NCBI GenBank assembly: GCA_039096225.1
Contig: JBBPEB010000028.1
Location: 372,001 to 436,000 of the forward strand
Direction: 5' to 3'
Length of the DNA stretch: 64,000 nucleotides
Source: Blastocystis sp. Blastoise
Taxonomy: Eukaryota; Protista; Bigyra: Opalinata
The position numbers were made by a program, and so were the translations under genes. Shown piece by piece: positions 1-19,000 of this stretch (within the stretch, counting starts at the first letter, position 1; every line of letters starts with the position of its first letter). Under the pieces are notes generated by a model. That model was given only the letters and a program-made list of their open reading frames with translations, had not been told where the DNA came from and made no database searches.

Positions 1-4
1 TAAG

Positions 5-49
<45 letters not shown>

Positions 50-50
50 T

Positions 51-1183
<1,133 letters not shown>

Positions 1184-1644
1184 ATTCTTGAAAACTTCCT
1201 AAATATAAGGTAATGAAACAATCGTTTTCTCAATATACTTCCCAACAGAGAATGTTCTTATCTCTGATCGTTATTTTATTTGATGTAGGATATTGATTTG
1301 TATTACCCAACTGTTTATTCTCTACAACTTCTTGAGAAAGACCTATATTTATAATTATTCCAGAGTCTATTGCATACAGAGGATGCTAAATAAGGTAAGT
1401 AGTAATAATAACAAAAATTTCATCTTTAACTTGTATTGTGAATAATGAAAAGACTCTAAAAAGTTAAATTAGTTTCTTTCTCGTATTTCCTATAAAGAAA
1501 TATTAGAAAATTGCTCAGAATTGCGATATTTGTTTATAAAAAAGAAACAAACAATTGCGAAATTCAACTCGTTTCAGAAAAAAACTAGTTTGTTTTTTGT
1601 TTTGAAGTTATACGAATTATAATTGATATATATATTCAATTCTA

Positions 1645-5485
<3,841 letters not shown>

Positions 5486-6150
5486 TGAATATATACTATA
5501 TTTATATATGGAGATTATATAACAATTTATTAATTTGTTTTCTTGTTTATTTATGTAGTTCTTTTTAGAAATAATCAATAATTATGTTTCTTTTTAAGAG
5601 TAATGAATATAGTATAATAGTCACATCTTGATGCATTTTATTATGTTTTTTTAGAAACACATTAAAATATGTACTGTTTTCATTAGCGTACTATTATTCT
5701 GTTTTATCTTCTCGTGTATTTCACTTTATCAATAATATTATCGACAAAAGAGAATCATTTAAAATAGATCTGATTATTATATAATATATAAATAATAACA
5801 ATAATATTTCATACAAAAGTATTTACCATTGTCACGAAAAACAAACAATTAATAATGAGCAACTCTCATTTATCATGAGCATATAGCAATGCATTTCCAG
5901 ATATTGCCAAACATAGAGCATTATTTAGATTCACGAGAATCAAAGGAGAATAAATTGATGTAGTGATAATGGTCTTCAATAGTACATAAGCAACATAGCA
6001 GATCAACGTCCTTTATAGTTGAGCATAAATATATTCAATTTCTATGTAAAATGAATTCTCGTATATGTTAGCAAATGATAAATTTGTTAAGATTTTTAAT
6101 CAACTTTGGAATTTTTTCAAAAAAAGAATTAATTTTATTTTTTCGTATTT

Positions 6151-7825
<1,675 letters not shown>

Positions 7826-8092
7826 ACTATTCAATATTATATTATATATATAATATTCTAGTATAGTATATAAATAGTGTTTCTCTCATTAAATATCTAT
7901 ATGTTTTGTATTTTTACTTAATTTCATTCTTATGGAGATTTATATAATTTATTTGTTTATTTATGTATGTATTTTTTTATTTTAAAAGTATTGAAAAAGG
8001 TTTATAAATTAAAGAAATACAACACATTCTAAATTTGGGCATATATACTGAAATAACAATTTTAAAGATATATAAAAACAAAAATAAATTCA

Positions 8093-8422
8093 TTATAAAT
8101 CACTAAAAGAGTCACTTTCAGAGTCATAGAGTTCAATTTCATCATCATTATCTTCATATTCTTCTTCTTCTTCTTTGTTATTATTATTATTATTATCTGA
8201 GATATTATTATTATTATCTGAGATATTATTATTATTATTATTATCCTTATTATCTTTATTCTTCTTTATATCTAACAGACCATACTCTTTCTCTAATGAT
8301 ATTAATGTATAATAACTGGCTACTGACTGACTATATCGACTATTAGGACTGGAATAACGTGTATATATATTATTATCCACTTTTATTATACACTCAAATC
8401 GATTTTCTTTTGTATAACCATC

Positions 8423-8459
<37 letters not shown>

Positions 8460-8937
8460 AATCTAAAAAACTAATAAATATAATTAAATATATATTATAA
8501 ACTATCTAAAATTGTATAAAACTATTAATATATATATATACTAAATCGATCAATGGTTTTTAGAGAATAATTTATGTTTTTCTTTTGACAATATATATGT
8601 AGATGATGTATAAGTTGATATTTTAAGAGTTTTTTCATGGATAAACCTTGAATACCGTTCTCTATATGATCTTTAATATTATGATAATCATATTCATAAT
8701 ATTCTGTTGCTGTATTTAATTTCCGTTTCGGAATACAGACTTTAAAGCTTTGTGACCAATCGTGCGTCATTCCCATGTGTATAAATAACTCTATCATCGT
8801 ATTCACATTGAGTACTAAAAGAATAATAAAGAATAATGTATATATATCATATATTATATATATATATAGCAAATGATAAAAAAATATATATAGAATATGA
8901 TAAAATAAACTAACAAAATATGATTAATGTTTAAATA

Positions 8938-8968
<31 letters not shown>

Positions 8969-10205
8969 CCAGGCTTCTTACAGTTGGGTAGATATTCATT
9001 AATAGGAAGACGAAATGTAGGGATATGAAGAGAATCAGCACGTGAACATGATAAGTTCTATATATACAATTAAAGTATATAATAACAACTTATATATATT
9101 GTTGGCTAATATATATCATATATAATAATAAAAAACATATAAATACTATAAACTACATACATAATAAAAGATCATAAATAAATATATCTATATATACCTT
9201 ATTAACTGTTCTATCTACAATACCTCCTATAATATATACTTTATTTGTATTAATAGTATCTAGTATTTGAGTCCCATCAGGAGACATATAAATCATTTCC
9301 GCGGGGGAAAACACTTTTTCTCTAAGAATAATATATATAATATTTAATTCGAAATATATAGACATACTATCATAACACATAATTATATATATATAAAGTA
9401 TATATTTAGAAATCTATGAATATATCCTAAATAATAATGAATATATATGTATATATACATAGGTTCTTCATGAAAATTCATGGCCCATTTCTCTCCACCG
9501 AAATTCTTAAGTAATTCACAATTCTGTGGTGTCTTTAAGAAAATATATATAATAATATATATATATATATATATACATAAATGAAATAATAAACTTTAAA
9601 ATATGTGAAACTCTTATGTGAGAGTCACAATAAAATAACAATATACAATATATATATCAACAATAAAATAATGATATATATATATACCATTCCACAGACA
9701 TGAATAGCCAATGGGATTTCGGCGTGTTTATTTTCTCGATGACATAAAGAGAGTTGTTTAATAAGACTTCCTTGTTCCAGAGCACTCATTGTTGACCAAT
9801 AATTAGCATCAATGCATATTCTCTGACCATTCTGAAGAGAATCTTGTAATTTTTTTTCTCTTGATTCTCTTTCTGCTTTGATTCTTTTACGTATTTCATC
9901 AATTTCTTCCTTAGACTTGCCTTCAAACAATTTGTTTCGTTCTTCTGCATTCTGTTTCCTCTTCTTACGACTATAAAGCAATATTTTCATAAATATAAAC
10001 TTATAAAAGACAAATAACTAACCAACAAAAGTCATTATAGCTATATATAATACATACATAGATTCATGAGCATTCTTCCTTCTCTTTTCTTTGAGAAATT
10101 TCATCCTTTACATACATAGAAAAATGATTTGTGAAGATAATTATACTTTTCGATATCTTTCTCAGTGGGAACCCACTTGTGTTGTTCATCTTGTGTGGAA
10201 TTCAT
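8093..10205 (-). CDS. TRM10: tRNA (guanine-N1 at position 9) methyltransferase Trm10 family, spliced
   Basis: Motifs RICIDANY, IYMSPDG...VYIIGGIVDR, FRLPINEY, VLNVN, DWSQSFKVCIPKRK; ATG at 10205 (MNSTQDEQHKW). Confidence 0.9.
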
Positions 10206-10381
10206 ATCAACTTCTATATTAAATAACTTAATTGTTATGAAAACAATAACACAAAAAACTAAATTCAACAGTTTTCAGTACTATTCATGCGGAAATGAGT
10301 CGTCATCTTATTGAGTGAAACGTTCTTAAAAGAATCTGTTTAATAAAGTTTAGAAGAGAATTTTTCAAGTAGATATTAAGA

Positions 10382-10953
10382 ATGAATTCTGAAATTAAGC
10401 ATTATTTGGATATATACAGGACTCAAAGAAATTTCGATCCTGTTGATTGGATCGAGAAGAAATGTACGATGTTTAATGATTATATGAGAAAATGTGGTTT
10501 AAAGTCATGTTTGTAAGTTGATTCAACTTTGTTTTTTGTTGTTGGCAATATAATGAATAATTGTTTGATTTCTTATAGAGTTTCTGTTTCTGGAGGTGTA
10601 GATAGTGCTGTAACCCTTGGATTGATGAAGCATGCTATGTCTATGCCAAATTCCCCTATTAAGAAGATCCTTGGTATAGCTCAACCAATCAAAAGTTCAG
10701 CTTGGGCTTTGAATCGTGCTCTTGAATGTGGAAAGACTATGGATGTTGAAATCATAACTATAGATCAAACTGATATTTATTTAGCATTAGTATATCTTTT
10801 CGTTAAATAGTAGTTATATATTTTTTTTAAAGTGATTTTTTTTTATATTATATATATAGATGAATAAAGTAGATTCTATTGTTGGTACTCAAGGAGGTGA
10901 TTTTGCTTCTGGTCAATTACGTTCCTATATGGTAAGTTATATTATTAATTATT

Positions 10954-11004
<51 letters not shown>

Positions 11005-11835
11005 TTATTTATGTAAATCTATTGTTATTATTTGCTATCTTAGCGTACTCCAGTGGGTTATTATGTTGCTCAGTTATTGAGTCAATCTGGCTATCCCTGT
11101 GTTGTTATGGGAACAGGAAATCAAGATGAAGATGGGTATTTAGGCTATTTCTGCAAGGCTGGAGACGGTGTCGTGGATATACAATTAATCGCGGATCTAC
11201 ATAAGAGTGAAGTATATATTATTATTATTATATTTATTATTATTATTATATTTATTATTATGTTTATTATTATGTTTTTAATTTTATTATTATGCTTATT
11301 ATATTTATTATTATATTTTTTCATCTTATTTTACAAATTTATTATTTTTTCTTCATTTAGCATTTTTTAATAAACTATTATTATAAATACAACAATATTA
11401 TAATAGAACTATATTATTAATATTATTATTAATATTATAGGTTTTTAAGATTGGAGCTCATCTGAATGTTCCTGAATCGATCTTAAAAGCAGCTCCTAGT
11501 GCAGATTTATGGGATGGCCAAACGGATGAAAATGAACTTGGTATCACCTATGATTTTGTTGAGTTATATACAGGTATTTGTCTTTATATATAACACATAT
11601 TTACAATATATTTACTATTCATTATATATATATTCATATTTTTATGATTACTCTTTTTCATAATTCCACAGGTTATTATTTGAAATTATCTGAAGAAGAT
11701 CAAAAGAAAATGATTGAATCCTTTAGTGATACTGCTCGTGCAGAATGGGAAAGATCTTCAAAGATCTGTACAGATGTTCATAGAAGAAATGCTCATAAAC
11801 TTAATGGACCAACAAACTTAAATATCTTACATTAA
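10382..11835 (+). CDS. nadE: NH3-dependent NAD+ synthetase (single-domain NadE type), spliced
   Basis: SGGVDS P-loop, GTGNQDEDGYLGYFCKAGDG, IADLHKSEV, PSADLWDGQTDENELG; no glutaminase domain upstream (ATG 10382 directly follows the divergent TRM10 start). Confidence 0.9.
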
Positions 11836-12298
11836 ACTATAAATCCATCTATTTTCTTGCCTCTCTTGTATCACATTTTGTAAATCTAAGTTTTTTAGAG
11901 ACTATTATTGATTTATGAATATTTTAAAATTAATAAAATTACTTTCTAAGCATAAATCTCTGAGATTTTTGTTATGCGAACGAGCTTTTAAAGTCAGAAA
12001 AACAAATGATATTCATTAATGTTGTTCAAGTATTGTAAGTATTATTTAACTCAGTCTTTACTTTACTGATGATCATTCCAAGATAGATGAATTATATTTA
12101 AAGTCCATGACAACGCGATAATAATGATAATACATTAAATGAAAATTTAATCATAAATAAAATTCCAAAAATGACTCATGTTTTCTTTCTCCCCAGTATT
12201 AATTATCATTCATAAATAAAGGAAAAATAAACGGTTTTTTAACAATATATTAAATTACCTGGATTAGTCTTTTACTTTATTAGATTTATTTGGTTACT

Positions 12299-12905
12299 AT
12301 GTATGTTCAATTTATAATATCCTCTATTTGTTATATTAGGAGTTCAAATACAAATACAGTTGGTGAAAGTATATGATTTGTTTTTTAATCTTATTTCTTT
12401 AGTTACTATTCCTGAAACTCAAGTTATTGGACCCGATGCTCGTGGTAACAAAACTGTGATTTCTTACAAAATAAACGATAAGAATGAATTAGTTAAAGTC
12501 ACTCAAAAAATAAAAGAAACCGTTCAAGTCGTTAAGATCCCTAAGAAGATTATTGAAAGAAAGGTTTGTTTTTTTTCATATGATTATTTAACTATTTAGT
12601 TTATTTTCATATAATTTTTAATTTTAGAATCAATGGGCTCTCTTTGGTACTCCTCTTGAAAGAGGTAACGATGGTGTTATTACTACTTCTATTGAAGAAG
12701 TATATATTTTATTTATTATATTATTATGTTTATTATTATTAGTGTTATTATATTTATTATTATATATTTATTATTATATAGGTATATCTTGAGAGTGCTG
12801 CTCAAAGAGATAATAAAAAATCTGCTACTGAACAAGTTGTCGATAAATTCGCCAGTAAGGGTATTTCTGTATGTATTCATATATATAGATCTTATTACTA
12901 TGTTG

Positions 12906-12947
<42 letters not shown>

Positions 12948-13613
12948 TATTATATATAGTCTGCTATGAAATGTCGTACTTGTGGTGGTGCTCACTTTAC
13001 TAAAGATTGTCCTCAAAAGAATCTTCCCTTTACTCCTTCTGAGGAAGGTGGTAGAGCTGGTGCTGGAGATGCCCCAAAACCCGGTATTTGGGTACCTTCT
13101 TCTATACGTAATAGAATGAAACAAAATAATGATGATGAAGAAGAAGAAGAAGAAGATCCTACTATTTGTATTACCAATCTCTCTTCAGAAGCTACTGACG
13201 ATGACTTAAAGTTCTTATGTAGTACCTACGGTGGTGTACGTCGTGCAAATGTCTTAAAAGATCCCAATACACATCAATCGAGAGGCAAGGGATTTGTTAC
13301 CTTCTATAATATGTATATATATATATATATTATTATTATGTTTATTATTATTATTATTATTATGTTTATATATTCATTAATAATAACTAAATACTATACA
13401 ATCATATATATCTTATTATTATTCTTCCTCTTCTTCTCTAGGGAAGATGCTCAAGTAGCTGCTAAGGAATTGAATAATAATGCTTTCTTACATATGATTA
13501 TTACTGTTACTCTCTCCACTGGTAGAAGACGAAAGAATCCTAATACAAATAATTCTATGAGATATTTATCAGGTTATGGTAAGGCCTTACCTCAAACTAT
13601 TTCTGGAAAGTAA
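12299..13613 (+). CDS. EIF3G: Translation initiation factor eIF3 subunit G, spliced
   Basis: N-terminal GPDARGNKTVISYKINDKNELVKVTQKIK, zinc knuckle CRTCGGAHFTKDCP, C-terminal RRM (ICITNLS...RGKGFVTF). Confidence 0.92.
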
Positions 13614-14353
13614 TAAATATATATACTATTTTAAGAAAGTCTATCATCTCAAATTTGTTCTTTATCACGATTAGTCAATCTGTGTTTTTGTTTTTATTTT
13701 TGTTTTTGTTTTTTTGTTTTTATTTTTTCTTATTAAATAAAAATTATTTCTATTACCACATATTTCATTCAAGCCAAACATGTTTTTTATTTTTACAGAG
13801 TACACATTAAAATAAATTAATAATTATTTCTGTCAATTTACTTGATAATAAGAAATGATTATAATTCATCATTTTCATATTCTTTTAATTATATGGATAA
13901 TAACACATGTGATTTCTATGAAAGATTATAACTCTTTGAAGAAGAGTTTTACAATCATTGCCTGACATGAATCTAGAAATCATGAAATATGTTCAGGAAG
14001 TGTTTTAACAACTAATGAGAAATTGAAATCTCATGATAATAGAATTCTGTTAAAATTTCATACAAAATTTGAAAATTATGATGCCAAGAATATATATATA
14101 GACTCATGATAATCTTCAAAAAATCTTGGAGTCTACAAACATTAATAATTGAATATTTTTCATTTGCGTCAAATTTCTAAATAATAGAATAGTAATTAGA
14201 AACAAATAGCAAAAATAGTTCTAAAAATTATTAAAAGAATACTTTTTAATTTATTCATCTTAAATTAGCAAATCACTAATATATTATTATATATATACTT
14301 TACAGAACACTTTTTAAGAGTTTTTAAGTTAAACGTCCATCTTAGAACACACA

Positions 14354-15018
14354 ATGAGTGAAAAAAATATAGTAAATCCAGAAATGTAAGGGAATATCAT
14401 CATTATTGTATTATATATATATAGAAAAAGTCAGAAAGAACTTCCAGAAGCATTAAAAATCAAGAAATGTGTTAAGAAATCTAGAAAAGCGTCACCTTTT
14501 CATTTATTATGTAATAAAAGTATTTTCAGAGTCAATATATAATATTTTTATTCATTATTTGTATATTTTGAAATATATCTAGATAATGTTCAGAAGACAA
14601 TCACTGTTTTTTGTCGAAAGAGTCTTAATAATTATCTTCGATCTGAGACAGTTAAAACAGTTAAGCAAGCAAAAGATGATCTAAAAGCAAAATCAAGAAG
14701 GTGGGTAACGATTTTTTGTTAATTATCTTTTTCTTATTTTATTTATTATTGTATGTATATTTAGTGAAAGAAGAACGCTAACAAGTATACTGGCTGAAGA
14801 TGCAAATTATGAAAATGATATTGCTCTTGTATATATTTTTAGGATCACATTACTCTTTTTCTCTATATGTATATTTTTAAAAATTTCAACTACACTATTG
14901 ATCTTTTAAGATGATTCTGCGTGTTGAAGAAGAAAATCAAAAAGTGAAAAAAGAAACATCTGTGAAAGCTGATAATTATTCCGATAAATCTACAACTTCA
15001 AAGAATTCAGAGAACTAG
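14354..15018 (+). CDS. Hypothetical basic protein, 5 exons, about 135 aa (MSEKNIVNPEIKSQKELPEALKIKKC...SKNSEN*)
   Basis: Short GT-AG introns remove all stops and exons join in frame from ATG 14354 to TAG 15018; absent from the ORF track because exons are short. Confidence 0.55.
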
Positions 15019-15510
15019 ATTTTATGATTATCGTTGTTTAGACAAATTCTAAATATAATGAACCACTGGATTTTTATTTTATATTGAATATGTTTATTTG
15101 CTTTTTTCTTATATATTACATATTTTTCCATTTTCCTTGTATACATATATCTATTTTCCATTTTTAATTTTTTTTTCAAATTTTCTATAATCCTTGTATA
15201 GCTATTATATTCAAACTATTCCGATACTCTAATTTTTTTAAAAATACATTTGCTATTTTATTTATTTATATATATTTATCTTTGCTAACCAATAAATTCT
15301 GAAGTATAGAACACACAGAATAATATATTTGTAAAAAAGAAAGTAATTTCAAATCGTTAATTGTGTTATTCGAGTGATTTTTGATGTAATTATTATGACT
15401 AAAGAATTTTTTATTTTCTCGAATCACATTAATGATAATATATATCGTCAATGAGCCCAATATTAATATATTTATAAAACTACGAATAGAAGACAGTTAG
15501 AGATGGAACC

Positions 15511-15610
15511 TGTAATTACGCCGTTACAAATTACGCAAAAATGTGAAAAATTTTGCGTAATTATCTGAAATTTTTCAAATTACATCCTATTACACGAATA
15601 ACCGTGATTT
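15511..15610. promoter_or_regulatory. hAT left subterminal region with clustered TTAC/GTAA motifs and a 12-bp inverted repeat
   Basis: AATTACGCAAAA (15529-15540) and TTTTGCGTAATT (15551-15562), plus several TTAC motifs. Clustered subterminal motifs are typical transposase-binding sites in hAT elements; the function here is inferred. Confidence 0.55.
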
Positions 15611-15697
15611 TTATCTATAATTTTGTTATTTTTCTTAAAATAATTATTTTTTATCATATTGCTTGATTATTGCTTGATATTTTTGTATTATTTTCAA

Positions 15698-16046
15698 ATG
15701 AGCAAACACATATTGATGTCTACTATACATGAATGTATTCAAAAGTTGGCGTGCTATGATGAGAAAACAAAATTATACACTTGTCCTATTTGCTCTATGA
15801 AACATCTTAGAAATTTTACACGTTATATTGATCATCTATCGAAAGAATATATTTATCATAAAGACACGCTATCTAGTACCAAAAATACATTATGTCAAAC
15901 TGCATATAAGTTACGTATTCATCACGTTAACTTAGACATTGAGCAGGTTGATCATCTAGGTGAATCTAATACTATGATACCAGTTGATAATGAAATGAGT
16001 GTTGATAGATTTTATGATGATCTATTGTGCTATTTTTTAACTACAA

Positions 16047-16085
<39 letters not shown>

Positions 16086-19000
16086 TACACCTTTTTCGCA
16101 AGTTGAGAACAAATACCTTATTCAAATGTTTAGTGATATTAACTCACAGTACAAGTTACCAAAAAGGCATTCGTTAAGTAACAGACACTTGGATAACACC
16201 TTCTATAAGATTTACGAAATAGTGGAAGAAAGGATTCGAAATGCAACTAGAGTATATCTATCATTTGATGGTATTAATATCCTTAATTTAGTTCATGTAG
16301 CGTACGGTGTCTCACGTACTTTAACTATTGTTGAGTTTGTTATTAACTTTTATAAAATAAAAATAACATCATAAAAACCGGAACACAATTCTGAAAATGA
16401 CCGTTAAAGAAATTTTTCGAAAACTCTAAATTTCTGGCTAAAAATCGCAAAAAACCTTTTTCGCACAAAATTTTAACCAAAATTATTGGATTATTTATAT
16501 TTTATCCAATATTTTTCATTTTTATAAAAACACATAATTTTCAATTTTTCATTTTTTGTTCGTTATTTTTATTTTTATCATATCTACTCACATTCTTCAT
16601 ATTTAATTTTATAAAAATAATGTTTACTGACGGAGTGTTCCTATAAATAGTTTTGACGGGTAAATTTGTTTATATTAAGAAATTGACAACATATCAATAC
16701 ACACATTACTAACTATAAACTCTAAAATGGTTTCGGTTGTTATGATAATGACCCCAACTACTCTAAAACAACAATAATTTCTCTAAATAACGACAAAAGA
16801 CAAACTGATATCCAACATATTCCTTTTAAATAAACTTATTTTAGCTTCAGTGTATTTATCTAACTCTATATCCGTCATAAATATGTTTTATATTTTAATA
16901 ATATATTTTAAAAAAGAAATATTTGTTTCCAAAATTTTTTCATTTTTGATACCCAATTTTGTGATCATCAGATTTCTGTCAATATTCAACGTATATCAAA
17001 AATTAAAACATATTTAGAAACTAGACAACCTAAAGGTCATCCGTTTTTCATATTTTTACTTAATATTTAATATTGACCGAAATATGTTAATTTATATGAA
17101 AAACATAAAAATGGAATTTTTCTAAAAAGAGTATATTTTGTGATTGTGATTTCTCAGTCAATATTTAATTAAATACAAAAGGTAAAGTTTATTTAGATAT
17201 AAGACAACCTAAATGTCATCTATTTTTGTCACTTTTTCAAAATATTAAAAAATGAAGTTACAGGGGACAATAGTTGAACTCAATAGAAAAAGGACGTTCG
17301 AAATTTTTATTAAAAATTTCCATTTGTTTTTTGTTTATACTCTCATCATTAATAATTTTATTAGATATTAGACTTTATATTTAATCACTACATATTAAAA
17401 AAAACATATTTTACAATTTTCTATTGTTTTTAAAAGACTCTGACAACAGATCACCAGACAATGTTAACTCAATAGACTCTTAAAACGTTTCGACTCGTGT
17501 TACGAATTATTGGTAAACACTGAACGTGACTTATTTACAAAAATTAAGTAAACATGTTGAACTGATACAGACAATGTTTGTTTTAAAAAGTTTATTATGG
17601 GTCTTAATAAGTGTTAAATGTCATAAATAGTGTTTAAATAAATTAATAAGTTTTTAATTGTCTTTAATTAGTGAAATAAATCGTTTAAAAAGAAGAAAGT
17701 ATTTTTGATACTATAGTTTATTTTGATATTTTCTCCATCAATATTAATTTTTAAAAAATAAATAAAACTTATATATAAACTAGACAACCTATAGTTTATA
17801 AATTTATAAAAATAATTTCTAAACATATAATAACTTTTGAGATAAAAAATTATATATGCAAAACATAAAAATTATTTTTTTTCAAAAAAGGGTATAGCTT
17901 ATATAATTAATTTCTCAGTCAATATTTAATTATTTTATATAATTTTAACAAATAAATACAGAGAATAAAACATATTAATTATATTATTTTTAATATTTAA
18001 AATTAATAAAAAAATGAGTTCAGTAGAGTCAATAGTATAACATGTTAAAAAACTGAAAAAAAAAAATCTTTTTTCTAAAAATTTTCCGAAAGTTGACAAA
18101 TCAAATTCATATTTGACAAATAATTTTTATATTTTTGTAAACTAGACTACATATTTATTGCATTTCTCAAAATAAATGTCAAAAAAAAGTTCGACGAGTG
18201 AATGAGCAAGTGGACATGTTGACTTATAATTTGTTATAAAATTCATAAGTGTGTTATAAACAACATGTTAAATCAAATATAGAAATATTGGCCTAAAAAC
18301 AAAAGTTTAACGCGTCGAAATGTTTTGAATTGTCTTTTTACATATCTTAAGTTAAGAGATTCAAGATAAATTTTATGAAATCAATAAATGTGACTTTCAT
18401 TATATATATTTGTTATAATAATGTTTGTAATGAAAGTGATTGAATATTTGGTAATAGTCCTGAAATGAACAAACTTTTATAAAAAGTATCACTATATTGC
18501 TGAAAAGCATTTCATATTTGTATATGTAATAAAAAAACGTTTAAAAAATGTTTTATTGTAAATATAACAGTCGATTCTTTTCAATTGAAGTAAATCTATT
18601 TAGAGATTCAAGCCAACTTTTAAAGAAACTATAATTAAAATGTGTGATAATGTTATTTTGAGACATTTTAGTTAAAATAAAAATAGTTTGTTGATTGAAT
18701 AGAATTTTGAAATGGTTGTTGACGTATTATGAGTTAATAATCATAATTAATAAATATATATATTTTCAATTATTTATAATAAGATATAAAAGTGTATAGG
18801 AATCTTTTAACTTTCGCAATTAATATATAAGATTTGTCACATGTGTGAGTAATTATTTTTTTTTATCATAAATAAGTGTTATACTAATAATAATTTGATT
18901 AGTGACGAAAATAGTCTAAGATAAAACTATTCAGTTGCTTTTAAAACATTCAGATGAGCAGAATTTTTTGTGATATTATTTAAAGCTGTCAATATAGTGT

